A DNA stretch of 64,000 nucleotides from Octopus sinensis (GCF_006345805.1 NC_043007.1:69068001-69132000); one strand, 5' to 3'; shown: positions 42,590 through 57,504, counted from the first letter of the stretch. Program-made: numbers and translations. Notes: generated by a model from the letters alone, not told the origin.

Positions 42590-43137
42590 GATTCACAATC
42601 AAGGTGCAAAAATGTTGTATTCCGAATGAACAAGGTAATGTAATCCGATGGTAGAAAGCATACCGCGAATTAGGTACTCCAAAGTTAGTCGGAAGGCCGG
42701 GGGGCCGTGTGAGCGTGCGGTAAATAATAAATTAAAAAAAACCAAGAACAAACAAAAAAATAACAACGTGAGTACGTGGTACATGTAAAGTATTCGCAGA
42801 CGTTCAGGAAAGGAAAGAAAGGTGGTTGTACGTTTCGAGTAAAGCTCTTCTTCAGAAACAGGAAACAGAGGAAAGTCCAAGAGCAAAGGAAGACGGAGGG
42901 AAAAAATCACCAACGATTCATATGTGGTAACTGGGGATTTTTTCCCCTTCGTTTTCCTTTTCTCTTGGAAGCATATTAAAATACCTTTAAAGGTTAAAAT
43001 TATAAACAACTTATAAACAAGGGCAAAAAAAAAATTATTTCTACGCCAATATGTGGAAATTGACGATTTAAAAGTCTGTTATCAGCATATTGGCATAGAA
43101 ATAATTTTCTTTTGCCCTTGTTTATAAGTTGTTTATA
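42590..43137 (-). mobile_element. Penelope-type terminal repeat with hammerhead motif and a terminal inverted duplication
   Basis: Homologous to 297-508 (CGTTTCGAG...GCTCTTC...AAAAAATCACCAACG). Inverted arms of ~50 bp at 43001-43137. Confidence 0.6.
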
Positions 43138-43141
43138 CATA

Positions 43142-43173
<32 letters not shown>

Positions 43174-43384
43174 GTGTATGTATGTATGTATATGGTGATT
43201 ATTAACAATCTCACGTTACGTCAGTTTTGGGGGGTACAGAAGTGACGCATTCTTGAACAAAGCAGAAAAATTGAGAAATATTTTCAAGATACTCCAAGTG
43301 AAAGTTATTTGGATGACAAATTAAAAAAAAATGATAAAATTGAATATATACATAAATATATACATACGTATATACATACATGCC

Positions 43385-43417
<33 letters not shown>

Positions 43418-43780
43418 TATATATACTGCCCGGATGAAATTATGACGTAGATAGTTAGAAGTGTCCACCAGCACAAAAAAACAAGCTAATTTATTGATTC
43501 AGAAGTTTCTCAGTTCAATAAAATTTGAGTATCAAATAAATGTTTATTCAATTTTTAATGAATTTTTTTTTACTTATCAAGATATTTATTTTTTTTATTC
43601 ATTTTGCCTTCTTATTTCGCAGACGTATTTTGCATATCCTAGATGCATTTTGTGTATTTCCAGGAGCATTTATGCTATAGCCTTCGCTTCACATCAATTT
43701 TTACAACATATTGTCCAATAATTTCTGCATTCATTCCTGCAGTCTTCAAAGATTTCTCCACATGAAAAAAACTTTTCCAC

Positions 43781-43828
<48 letters not shown>

Positions 43829-43836
43829 TGTGTGTG

Positions 43837-43871
<35 letters not shown>

Positions 43872-43964
43872 CATATATGTACACACACATATATATACAT
43901 ACATATTTATAATATAAATTTACATATATATATATATGATATATATGATGTATTTACTATATTA

Positions 43965-43998
<34 letters not shown>

Positions 43999-44332
43999 GC
44001 ATGCATAGTGCCTGTAATGTTTGCATCTCCTGTTTATATACCTTCCCCACACACACTAACTAAACATAGATACACATAGAAGTATACGCATGCGCAAATG
44101 AAGACACATACAATAGGAATACAAAATACAAAATGGCTGACCGTTAGTAAGAAAGAAGAAAGCAAAGAACCAATGATGCGGTCACAGGAGTGTGACGAAA
44201 GAACTCTGGCCGAAATAAGATTAAGATTAATGTAAAAAATAAATAACGCTGAAGCAAAGTAACACCAAATATATAGTGCGTGTGTTTTTTATTGGTTAAA
44301 CTGGCAAAATGACCATTCCTAAATACAACACT

Positions 44333-44407
<75 letters not shown>

Positions 44408-44466
44408 GAATATATATATATACATATATACATTTTATGTATGGATAGATAAGAGTATATGTATAT

Positions 44467-44596
<130 letters not shown>

Positions 44597-44689
44597 TATA
44601 AATATATATATATATATATTATATATTGTGCAGACGAAAAAACCGTTTCGTCTTTGACGACACGAAACTTCAAGCACTCTACTAAGTAG

Positions 44690-44970
44690 CTAATTTTGAA
44701 TTTTCCCTTGCACGACCTCATTCGATAGTTGACAAGATGGGCTGTATTTTTTGTGCTTGTGTTCTCCCTGGAAATGGAGACCCAAAGCGAACTTTATCGA
44801 CACCTTATGCTCTTTTAAAAAAATTTTAAAAGGCAAGAAAACGAGGCAAACCTACAGGAAGATTGCACTGTATATGAAGAAGGTGTTACGGAATGTGTGC
44901 GCTAAATGTGGTTTTCAAAATTTCGATCGCGAAATTTGCTGATTCGTGATGCTCTTCGCTGTAGACCAGC
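44690..44970 (+). mobile_element. mariner transposase 5' relic
   Basis: [14 protein letters not shown]...KGK...WFSKFRS resembles a mariner N-terminal HTH region. Frameshifted. Confidence 0.6.
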
Positions 44971-45135
44971 TAACTTGGAATACGTGAGTCATGGTAATCA
45001 TCAGAGAGGCCAGAATGCGTAATTTAATAAATGTGGAGTGGCGGTGGGTGACGATTGTGGTGAGAAAGTTGGAGTGGGAGCGATGAATTGAGATATCTCA
45101 TCAGATAGCTTGGCTGGATAACTGACGAGATAGAT

Positions 45136-45201
45136 TCGTTCTACGAACCAACGAAGCTCGTTCTACGAACCAACGAAATTCGTTCTACGAACCAACGAAA
45201 G
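45136..45201. repeat. 22-bp tandem repeat x3
   Basis: TCGTTCTACGAACCAACGAA(GC/AT/AG) three times with no spacers. Confidence 0.9.
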
Positions 45202-45725
45202 TTGTACGGAGCTGAGTCAAACTTATGTTAAGTAATATACGTAACACCTTCGAAATATGTGGAGTATCACTTTCTCTCGTTTATCCATTCATTCGTATAT
45301 GTGTAAGTTAGTGTGTGTGTGTGTGTACGTGTGTATGTGTGCGGGTGTGTGTGTGTGTGTGTGTGTCTATAACGAGAGAAATAGGGAGAGAAAGATAGAA
45401 ACAGCAAGAACTGTACAATTGAAAGAAAAGTGGAAGCAGTATATGTCGTGAAGTTTAAATATTTGTACATTTGTACATTTGTACAGTGAAGATTCACTGA
45501 CGCACTCTGTTATATCTGATCGTTCGGATAATTAATTCTGAATAATAGGGAGGCCTGCATTACTTTTTGCCGATGTAGAACATCACTAGTTCCTTCGGGG
45601 TCTAATATTTTACAATTATGTGCGTACGTATGAACGAACATATATATATATATATCCATGCACGCACACACACACATACAGAGAGACACACACAAGCAGT
45701 GATGGATAGCTAGCTAGCTAGCTAG

Positions 45726-45762
<37 letters not shown>

Positions 45763-45837
45763 AAGAAAGAAGAGAGAGAGCGAGAGCGGGAAGGCTAGAC
45801 AGACAGACAGACAGACAGACGGATAGATAGATAGATT

Positions 45838-45934
<97 letters not shown>

Positions 45935-46817
45935 GTACGGAGAAGAGAGAAAAAGTGCACTCAACAGTTATCTTGGAGTTTAAATATGTGTATATTTATA
46001 TATTTGTAGTTTCTATATTTCTACATTTAAATATTTGTTGACGTTTCAGAGACGCAGAATACGATATACGATTATTTGGACTCTCAATTCCAAGTGATTG
46101 GGCGGCCACAATTTCCAAAAAAAGCTGACAGGCATTGAATTCGGCGTGAGCCTCATTTTTATTTGTCAGTATGGTTCACGTGGTGGAACCGGTATTTTGC
46201 TGGCTGGAGGCAACTCAACCACATTTAGCAGGCGTATTCTCACTTGCATTCTTTAGAAATCTCTATGGACAGGAGTTCACAAGTAATGATTTACAATTAT
46301 TCAACAGAGTGGTCTACATGGTGACCCTTATTCTACTTCATGGTTTCCCGTGAAACAACAAACAAATGAATTCAAGCGAGGATTCATTTAGCATGTACTT
46401 ACCTTGAGGCCGAGGGACAGAGATAACTTCACCAGCCTCTACTCTTTTATCATCTTATACTAGGGAAATGTTTCCTAGTATATGATGATATACTCATATA
46501 CTTGGGAAATGTTCCCACAATATATCCTGAAAAATATTGCTAGGTATCGGAGGGCTATCGTCCTTGCCTCCCCGAGTAGCTGTACTTATTGCATTAACTT
46601 AAAATCTCTGCTGCCAATTTTTTAATCTTTAACTAATGAACATCTTTTGATGAACTTCAATGTAATTTCTAAGTTCTCTTAAGTTTTGTAAAGAAAGCAA
46701 GAGAATCTACTTCTGTCCGTTATGTTTTAAGTAACCCATCTTCAGTAACAGTAACCAGTTGCTGAGATACAGATGCGAGGAGAGGATCTATTGTGGCCAA
46801 TGAGAACCACAAGGTGT

Positions 46818-46854
<37 letters not shown>

Positions 46855-46855
46855 G

Positions 46856-46921
<66 letters not shown>

Positions 46922-47574
46922 GTGTGTGTGTGTGTGTTTGCGTGCGTTTGTGACAGTACATGTATATCTTATTTTCCAAACATTTGTGGAAAGCATGTCA
47001 GGTCAGAGGAGAATATCATTGTCAACAACCCTTATTCTGTTTCCAAGTGAGGGTTGTTGACGGGCTGAGCATCAGACTTTAGAAAATTAGCGGTATGGAG
47101 TTCCGTCAGACGCATGCAAATATGAAGAAGTAGGCGGAAACCATGATGATGATAAACATACATATAAGGCTCTGTGTGTGTGTGTGTGTGTGTGCAAAAT
47201 CTTCACAATTCTTAAAGTGAGCTTGTTTCTATTTATATTTCTGTTTTGGGGGATTTTTTTTTAATTTGGGCTTTTTCTTACTTCTGTTTAATTTAACTTA
47301 ACTGTTCAGTTATTTTTCTTTTTAGTTTTGCAAAGCTATAATGGATCGTGGGGTTTGGGTGGGTGAGACTCAGGGAGATGATAATGCGTGTTGACAAACA
47401 ACAGATGAAAGTTACATACATACATACATGCATATGTATATATATGTGTGTTTATATGTGTGTGTATATATATGTATATATGCATGTATGTATATATATA
47501 TATACATATATATTTATATGCATATATATATATGTATGTATATATATATATGTGTGTATATATATATGTATATA

Positions 47575-47617
<43 letters not shown>

Positions 47618-47722
47618 ATATATGTTTGTATATATATGGATGCATGTATATATATACGCATGTATCTATACATATATATATATTCATATGTATGTGTGTG
47701 TATAAATGTATATACATGTATA

Positions 47723-47759
<37 letters not shown>

Positions 47760-48301
47760 CATGTATCTATACATATATATTCATATACATGTGTGTGTAT
47801 AAATATATATATGTATAATATGTATATGGTGTCGGTAGTGGGTGTAGGGGATGTTACTCAATATTACTTAGCAGCATATTACAAGAGTTAACTTCCTGGG
47901 TGTGGTCACTTTTGGAAGTTGTATAACTCACATGGGAAATTATATATATATCCAGTCGAAGATTATATATTTTTTGTTTTGTATTATTGTTTGTTGTTCT
48001 TTTTATTTTGGCGGTGTGATGGCGCGAGAGGTTTTTGCCCCCCCCCCCACACTTCTTTCTTTCTCTTAGTTTGCCTTTATTTCTGTATTTCTTTATTTGT
48101 TCACTTATTTATTTATTGTTTACTTATATATTTACTGATATCATTTGATGTTTCCGCTGCGTAGGTTTGGAGTTCATTGTTTTTAATTATATTATTCCTT
48201 TTACGTAATTCTTCTTTCAAATTATATCTTCCCATTTTTTGTTTCGTTTTTCGTTTCTTTTTACTTTTTTTGTTACTCTGATTCTTTTTCTTCTACTCCC
48301 G

Positions 48302-48364
<63 letters not shown>

Positions 48365-48418
48365 GTTGTTGTTGTTGTTGTTATTGTTGTTGACATCATC
48401 ATCATTATCATCATCATT

Positions 48419-49174
48419 GAGGAAATTCTAGGCTTTGTCAAAGACGAACTAGCTGGCTCGTTTTGAAGAACTTTCGGGCTTGGGAGTACCGTTATCCAGG
48501 AGCATAACCGATTTGAGACAGACCCAGCAAGAACGGAAGTGACGCTGGGCAGGACTGTCCGAGATGCGTATGAAGTGGCGAAACCGTATTGCAGGCACTT
48601 GTGCAGTGTCCGAGCCTAGTTGATTTGTGCGATTGTGTCAATCGTAGAAAATACAGCTATCGGCTGTGTCCATCATAAGGACCGTTACGTCACCCGCCTT
48701 TTTCAAAGGTGAGATAAGCGTTGTTAAATGCGGTTGTTCCTATGGCTAGTGATTATGGCGAAAGAGTGTGTGACCGACGAGACTGAAATAATTGAAGACA
48801 GACGCTTTTCTCTTTGGTCAAGTCGTCATCGACTTTTTAAAGTCTCACTCTAAAAAGACTGTTTGGGTGGAGAGGGAAGTTTTCCCTCCCAGCGAATTTG
48901 TCAAAAAATGGTGACTGGCGAAAATGGGTAGGGTGAATGGATCTACTTTATGCACACGCCTTTGATCTGTGGAACACGTCAATTGGCTCTAATTGGAGAA
49001 TATCGTATAGCAGGACTGCTTCGTAGATGTATTCACATATTTTCTATACTTTTATCTTACTTACCCCTCCTCTCCCTTTCTTTCCCTCATTATTTTTATG
49101 TAAATTACATCATAAATTGTAAACTGTTCATGTAATCTCTCCTTCATTTGAATCCCGTGTGGCAAATAAAAGAA
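48419..49174 (+). mobile_element. Older Tx1/L1-type 3' relic flanked by (ATC)n
   Basis: DNA similarity to 5700-6250 (CCGAGATGCG...GAAACCGT...GCAGTGTCC, ATGGCGAAAGA). Tail GTGTGGCAAATAAAAGAAA. Confidence 0.7.
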
Positions 49175-49193
49175 ATCATCATCATCATCACCA

Positions 49194-49233
<40 letters not shown>

Positions 49234-49379
49234 GCTATTATTATTATTATTATTATTGCTATTATTATTATTATTATTATCATTATTATTATCATCATTA
49301 TTATTATTATCATTATTATTATTATTGTTATCGTTGTTGTTGTTGTTGTTGTTGTTATTATTATTATTATTATTTTCCG

Positions 49380-49565
49380 TGCCGGACAAAATGCTTAACG
49401 GCATTTCGTCTGTCTTTACGGTCTTAGTTCATATTCTGCCGAGGTCGTCTTTGCCTTTCGTCCTTTCGGGGTCGATAAAATAAGTACCAGTTCAGCAGTG
49501 GGGTCAATATAATAGACTTACCCCTACCTCCGAACTTGCTGGCCTTGTGCCAAAATTTGAAATCA
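49380..49565 (+). mobile_element. SINE of the 3655-3884 family
   Basis: GCCTTTCGTCCTTTCGGGGTCGATAAAATAAGTACCAGTT central domain. Confidence 0.75.
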
Positions 49566-49948
49566 TTATTATTAGCAATAGTGCTCCTGGCAGAACGTAT
49601 TTTATCTTAATCTCCGAGTCAACAAAAACACGAAATTTTACTGTTGTTTTAGTTTAATTTTATATTACCTTTGTTAGTTCCATTGGTCTCGCTTGTTAAA
49701 TGAAATTAAATATAATATTGCGAAAAACTTTCAAAACGTAAATATGGGGCAATATGGCAAATGAAGACATAGTAGGATAGAAGCGGTTGTCTTTGAAACA
49801 TTCCTTTCGTGAAAAATAATGTCTCCCTCACGTTTCTCAGCTATCAATGCATCTACATCCATCACTACCACCAGCAATACTACCGTTAATAGGGTAAAAG
49901 AAGTATTGGTAGCAACAACAGTAACCCTCCAAACAGTACCTTCTATAG

Positions 49949-50583
49949 CAATGGTTCTCAATTATTTTTTACCTTTGATTCCTATATTACACCTCTGATT
50001 CCTATTTTACTCGGATGGACTCACATAGCCATTTGATGTTGAAAAAATTCTATTGTATCTCTATTATTAAATACTAGCAGTATCGCCCGGCGTTGCTCGG
50101 GTTTGTTTCGACCCTTTAGAATTGGAATTTTTGAAAAGTAAAAATTTTGCATTATGTAGCTTGTTATTCTCTTTAAGTGAACATTTTTCTAGTTGAATAC
50201 ACCAAAAAATGGCGACCCAGCAGTCAAAAAATCGTAAAAAATAGGGATTTTCATAGAAAAAATGCACCTTTTTTATGTAAATAATTTTTGGTCTTAATAT
50301 GGTCCGATTTAAATTTTATCTTCTACGGAATGAAGAGTAAGCCTACTTCTATCATACTCTCAATTTTGGTCAACTTGCGCCGCAGGGTCTCGGAGAAGAT
50401 AGTGTTAGTTGAAGGCTACCAAACCTGCCATACACAGACAACTTCAGCATTATATATATAGATTATTGGAAATGGTTTTTAAAAAATTGCCAAAATATTT
50501 TGTGAATTGTGGGAGTATAACCAACTTATTGCACATAGATTTTAACAACAAAATCTTATGTGGACCCCGTTTGAGAACCACTG
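49949..50583. mobile_element. hAT-like MITE interrupted by a Helitron
   Basis: TIRs CAATGGTTCTCAA / TTGAGAACCACTG. 8-bp TSD TTCTATAG / ATCTATAG (7 of 8 match). Confidence 0.75.
50074..50462 (-). mobile_element. Non-autonomous Helitron
   Basis: Minus strand 5' TC ... CCCGAGCAACGCCGGGCGATACTGCTAG 3', identical to the 3' end of 29395-29777. Confidence 0.8.
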
Positions 50584-50869
50584 ATCTATAGCAACACTGG
50601 CAGTAAAGAAAACATTACTAAAAGAACAAACCAAAAAAAAAAGAAAAGCAAAAATAGTGAGAGCGGCATCAGTAGTAACACAACCAGCAACAATGGCGAC
50701 TGCAATAACAACACAGAGAATGCAAAGAGGAACAACAATAACAACAATGCCACCATCTCAAGAATGCATTGGTCGATGTCACTGTACGAAGCAACAATAC
50801 CTTAAACTCTACTGCTACCAACACCACCACTACTGTTACCAGGATGCTAAACATTTTCTGTATGACGTC

Positions 50870-51720
50870 GAAAAGTTCCGAAATAGATGGTACAGAAGCA
50901 TTTGAAGGCACAGTTCAAGGAATCCTCTCTGCTGGCTCAAAAGCAGTGTTGCAGCTCACTGACCACATGTCACTAGATAGGTTGACACCAGTGTAACCAG
51001 TGGTTCCGAAACAGAGACACTTGCGTCCATCTTCAAAGAACACACATGTTGTGGTCGGTCACTTTCGGGTCACAGAGTGGCAGTGTTGTCTCGATAATCT
51101 TTTGTTCTCGAGGACCGGATCATCTCCCTAAACTCGGTCGATAAATCTGCAGTGAGCGACATGTACAGTAGTGAAGGCATTGTATTCAGACTAATGGCTG
51201 TTTATACCCCAACCGGGGCAGAGCGATCGGATTTCTTCGGATGCCAATAAGCATCCATACAAACGTATCGCTCTTTAGTTCTAGAGGGAGAGACTGGATA
51301 AGAATTTAACAAGCACATTGGGATTGTATAGGGCTAATCGATAACAAAGAGGAATGTAAAAGCCTGGAAAACCAGCTCAGATAGATCCAAATGTTTGACC
51401 GGTACCGACTTGTTTTTCCGAATGCATCAGTTTGAGCACGATTGAACCGTATCAGATCAATGAGACCGTATATAGTTGGAATATTTGTTACATGAGCAGA
51501 TAGAGGTAACTTTGGCTGTTCAAATTTTCAACCGGTTGGTTACACACAACGCACATTTGTAATCTACGCAATCGATAGATATACAACGCAATGACAGAGA
51601 CCAAGTTATTGGAACACGTCATTTCCTGCATACAGACTAAAACGACCTAGCGAATCAGTTAAGCGACAGTTGTCAAAGGTGATCAACAACTAGTGGTGGA
51701 CTGCTCTGAACAGAATGACT
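50870..51720 (+). mobile_element. Degenerate Tx1/L1-type APE endonuclease region
   Basis: FRLMAVYTPTGAERSDFF at ~51185-51240 matches the APE VYAP...R..FF motif. Confidence 0.5.
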
Positions 51721-51751
51721 AACGTAGAAACTATACAACTTAACAAAGCAA

Positions 51752-51782
<31 letters not shown>

Positions 51783-53702
51783 ACACACCACACACACACA
51801 CACATACACAACACATATATATATATATATATATATGAAAGATTAGTGAGAGCGCTAGTAAGTAAATGAGAAGTGATTTTAAAACGGCATCATGACCGAC
51901 ATGCTATCAGTGAGAATGACCTTTGACCATTTCTTCCACGATAAAGACGAACATTGCGGTGTCAGACGGCTATGAAGGAGCAAAAGCTATTCTATAGTCG
52001 CAGGTGATGGAGGCAAGACGTGGGATAAAAAGCAACAATTCGGTTTTTAACCGATCGGGATTGGTGCATGCTACTTGATTTCATACTTGTAGTGCATTTT
52101 ACTCAACTCTTCAATAGATGATAATGCTGGATAAGAAGCGAAGAAAATCCCCGTGTCCACGATAATCAATTGATTGATGTGTTTCGGATGTCTTTTCGGG
52201 AATGGATGGATAATTTCCAGAATACGTTGGTCAAGCAGTAATAGTGAAGAGTAAAGCTAGTTTGAGGTAAGTTGTATGTGTGCGGAAGTGTTGTCTACAG
52301 GATCATTTCTAAATGCACACAGAATTACGGGAGTGCTCTACACACACTCGTTCAATTTTTTGATAATTATAGACTCATGAAAATTTGTCGAATAGTTTTT
52401 GTCACATGTAGGATGGATCGCTTTATCGTGAATATCGGCTCGTCGTCTTTCTGTTTGTCGAGAACGATAAGATACTTATACTTGATAATCAAGATTATCC
52501 CAGATGCATGGGTTTTTTTTATTGGCTTTATGTGGATACCCCCTTCATTGGGGAATATATCATTGTTGCTAATTTTATTGTTACCTGTATTTTCTTTACT
52601 TAATGCAAATCCTCACTCTTCCGTTTCTTGTTTCTTGTACTGTCTCCAATTTCTTGAACCACTGTAGCCAAATAATTCTTTCTGCCTTATGCACAAGACC
52701 TGATATTTGTGGAGAGGGTACTAGTCGATTATATCAGCCCCAGTGTTCATCTGATACTTATTTCATCGGCCTTCGAAAGATAAGGTTGACCTTGGTGGAA
52801 TTTGAACACAGAATGCAATTATGCGCTACTGACCTGCTCAGAAGTGTTTTCAAACCGCGTGTTAAAACACTGAATTTTAATATGTGCAATGATTTGGGAC
52901 ATTATATTTTTAATATATTCTCACACAAATAGTGTTTAGACAACTTTTTTTTTACAAATTATATTTCTGTTTATTTGTTTACATATACATTCAAAATGTC
53001 TACGAAATATAACAGCGACCTCTCTCTCGTTCTCTCTCTCTAAAAAAAAAAAGACCAATTCAAAATCAAAACTATCACATACAGAAGAAACAAATAAGAA
53101 AATGAACAAGTAAATATTTTTACAACAATATTGTGCATAATGAGAAATTGCGGGGGGTTTCGGTTATCTCAGAATAGCAGCTGGAAGAGCCCTATTCCAT
53201 TTGGTATCCAGCATTGCACGACCTAAAAGCTGTCCACCTAGTGTTTAAAACCGAAAACACAGCGAGGATGTAAGTGGAGATTTTGAAGTATACACCCACC
53301 CTAAATTTGTATCCCAATATTTCAACGAAGGAAATCTAAAGATGGATATTATGAGCATAAGCCATGGCATTGGTTCTTGGCAGCATTTTGTTACTTTTGT
53401 ATCACAGTCTGTGAGTAGGGTTTGTGTAGCAGTAACAAGTATGCGCGATGAGAAATTTCAGGATGCGTCTACATTTCCTCATGAACTTAAAAAGGCTACA
53501 GAGCTACATTGGATGTGTTCAGTCGAGTGACTAGGAACAAAGGGCAATATTTCAACCTGAAGCTAAGAGAAAGGATGTAAGTGAAAGGAATCAATATTTC
53601 AATCGAATATCGAATTAATTGTTTTATTTTATGATCTATCTCTGTATGTATGTATGTATGTATGTACGTACGTATCTATCTATCTATCTATCTAATCTAT
53701 AT

Positions 53703-53733
<31 letters not shown>

Positions 53734-53736
53734 CTA

Positions 53737-53768
<32 letters not shown>

Positions 53769-53829
53769 CATGTATGTATTATATATACGTACATACATTT
53801 ATATACATATATATGTGTATATATGTATG

Positions 53830-53932
<103 letters not shown>

Positions 53933-55638
53933 CATATATATATGTGTGTGTGTGGATAGATAGAATATGTATGTGTCTGTGAGAGAGAGAGAGAGAGAGA
54001 ATCATTGTTTGTTACGGTGGGGGGGGGGGGGGGGCTTATTGTTATCTTTTTTATAGAGGATCGTATATATGCTAGTAGGTCAATGCCAGATTTTATTACT
54101 GTTGCAGAAATGGTTGGCTTTGATGCAATTATCAAATTTATCAACTGATGTTTTAAATCTGTAATTTAAACAAGCAAACTAGTGTTGAGAGCCTTTCTAT
54201 ACTAGCCAATGCTGTCGATTTCTTTGAGGATTACATTCATTCTGATTTTCGACACATATATGCACACACTCACACAAAGAGAGAGAGGGGGTAGAGAGAA
54301 AGAAAGAGAGAGAGAGAGAAACACTCAGGCATATACAAGGAAACATATTTACAAGCATAAATAAACGTGTACATATAGTTACCTAATACCTTATAATTAT
54401 ATAGTATATACATGTATGTGCGTGTGTCTGTGAACACGAATTTGATCATGTGTATTATTGATGTATGTTATGCCCCTATATGAATTTTAATGGGTGTTTA
54501 CATGCATCTGCAGTGGTTCAAATTGCATACGTAAGTCTAGGGACACTAGAGGTTGTCCGCATAAATATTGTGTTTATTGACATTTTAGCGTTTTTAAGAT
54601 TGTATGTCGTTAGAAAATTTTTTGACGTTTCGGACAAAGTACATTTTCAGGAAATAGAGTTTATTTTTCTTAATTCTTAGTCCATGAGAGTGTGGACATA
54701 GTGGAGGATGGCAAGAAATGCCGAGTATTGGTGCTTCTTTCTGTAGGAAAAAATGTATTTGGAGGTAGGAAAATATTGTGAAAAAAAGAAAGGAATTTGG
54801 GAGAGACAATAAAAACTAAAAGATAGAATTTTAGAACGAGAATGAGTGTTTAGTAATAATCAATTAAAGAAATGAGGTGGTTCTGTGACCACAAAAGTAT
54901 ATTTGTCAGCAGTAACATTCACATACATCTCACTGCACACATGAACACGTATTCAGATAGCTGGAACATACACGGACATATACATATATGATGAAACTGT
55001 GATACCAGCATGAATGTTCTAACTTGCGCGCATGCGCAATAACATTTGATAAGCTAAAGATGATAGAAATTAAATATTGGCTTCAAATTTGGCACAGGAC
55101 GAGCAGTTTGTTTTTGTTTTGTATTTTTTTTTTTTTTTTTTTTGTGAGGGGGATGAGGAAGTTGATTTCATCGAACCCAGTACCTGCCAGATACTTATCC
55201 TATCGACCTCGAAAGGATGAAAGGCAAAGTCGACTTCGGCGGAATTTGAACGATGATCGATTGTGATGCGTTGTTCGTTTTATTTCCTGGAGCGTGGGTC
55301 AATGGGGAGGCCAGATGTGTTGAAATGAGACGTCATCGGTTGAAAATGCTGCAAAAATGCTTCCAGGATCAATCATGCAGACGACATCTTCTGGTTGCAG
55401 AAGATCATATTATTTTTGAAGGAGCCGTAAAATCGTGCAGAAAGAATCAGAACGGTTAGCGGCCAGAAAGCAAAAACTGGACGTTGCAGAAAAGAGAGCG
55501 TTTCAATGGGAGAGTAACTAGATGGAGGGTGAATGAGAAAGGAATCTAGACTGTGGAGGGTAAGAAAACAATGAAAGTTCTCTAATGTGGTTCACCATTT
55601 TAACACTTCTGCCACATACTTTAATCACCACAGAGCAT

Positions 55639-55912
55639 GTGGCGGCACATGGCCTTGTGGTTAGAGTAGCGGACTCGCGGTCGAGGGATCGCGGGTTCGA
55701 ATCTCAGACAGGGCGATGTGTGTGTTTATGAGTGAAACACCTAAGCACCACGCAGCTCCGACAGAAGGTAATGGCGAACTTCTGCTGACTCTTTCGCCAC
55801 AACTTTCTCTCACTCTTTCCTCCTGCATCTTGCAGCTCACCTGCGACGGACAGGCATCAAAGCGGGAAACCGACCCTTATGAGCCAGGCATAGCTTCAGA
55901 AGGAACAAACAA
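55639..55912 (+). mobile_element. tRNA-derived SINE with 13-bp TSD
   Basis: A box TGGCCTTGTGG and B box GGTTCGAATC. TSD CACCACAGAGCAT at 55626-55638 and 55913-55925. Confidence 0.85.
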
Positions 55913-57397
55913 CACCACAGAGCATCACACTCAAGGAAACACAAGGAAGACGCACTCTACGAATATCATCTACTCTCGTTTCAAAGAACGGCTCTCCTTC
56001 CCTTCCTAATCACACAACATATGCATCCTTCTAGGCATGTATAACATTCAAATGCATTTGAATAAATACTATTAACCCTTTTTTTTTTCATTTTCTTTCT
56101 ACCATTTATAAATTTCAGCTTCATTTATATCGTAATTTCAGCGAGGAAGTGAGAAAATACAAGCTGATATCACAGTCTGCATTGTCTATACGTATGTGCG
56201 ACCATGTTTTTCTGTGCCCTTATTATCTATATATGGGTTTATGTGTGTAATGACATGGTTGTGAATGCAAATATGTTGGTGACAAATTTCTTTTTACAGT
56301 CACTGAGCTGAGCAACAAAAACATAATTTCTTTAACTTCATCATACATTTCTCATTCTCTATATGTCTGTCCCCGTCTCTGTCTCTCTTTCTCTGTGAGA
56401 ATATTTATATATATATGTGTGTATGCGTGTGTATGTGAGTGTGTGCACGTGCGTGTATATATATATATATGTTATAATTTTAATAATTATTACCTTTGAA
56501 GGTTTTTATTTCCATGCTGGCCACTTGATAAGATCGTTATTTAATTTGAATTAACGATCTTATCCTTATATATATATAGCGAGAGAGAGAGAGAGATACA
56601 CACACACATACTTATATATTTGTATATATAGTTAATGAGAGACGGAAGATGGAAGGAACGAGAGTTTTTATTTATCACTACTATTAGTTCGACACTTCTA
56701 GTATTCTTTAATTTGTTGCTTTTCTTCACAAGAACTGAGATGATACGTTGCGGAACTGTTATTTTAACGAGTTGTATCAATTTATCACCCGAAGACACAC
56801 ATCTGCACCACCGGATGCTCCTGAACCAGTTGATAAGAATCCAAACCTGTGAGGGATCGATGTTAGATGTGTCAAAACAATTGTAGTGATTAATATCTTC
56901 CATCTTCCGTCTTTCATTAACCAGATATATAAAGAACACTGTGAAAGTGACTGTGTTTTACCAGTAAGCTACCAGGTATAAACCATTCGTTCGTTTGCTC
57001 ATATTCGCCTTCTTCTTCGGATGCACAAAAAATAGACTCGGTGTCATTTCCTGTGACTCGCTATTATGGCCAAATGCTCATAGACTAACTGACTATAGAT
57101 GAATAAAAATTTTCCGTCCGTAACTCCGGACGCTCTTCTTCCAACAGCAATCCGTTCACAAAAAGCTTTAAACGATACACAGACGTGCGTATACAAGCAT
57201 ACATACATACATACATACATACATACATACATACATAATACATACATACATACATGTATATATATATGCATGTATAGATGTATGTATAAGGATACACATA
57301 CACTTGCGTACTTATGTAACGCATGTTTATACATTTATTAACAATACAATTCGAAAAATGGGAGCGTGCCTCCGACGTTTATAAATATAATGTACTG

Positions 57398-57445
<48 letters not shown>

Positions 57446-57468
57446 ATATTATATATATATATATATAT

Positions 57469-57504
<36 letters not shown>

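Noticed and set aside
45136-45201. CRISPR-like 22-bp repeats
   Set aside because: Head-to-tail copies with no spacers.
47021-47061. miRNA-like hairpin GTCAACAACCCT...AGGGTTGTTGAC
   Set aside because: The stem is only about 12-16 bp, too short to support a pre-miRNA without expression data.
55641-55715. tRNA gene
   Set aside because: A and B boxes are present, but it continues into a SINE body with a TSD and there is no complete cloverleaf. The same holds for 59712 and 1740-1812.
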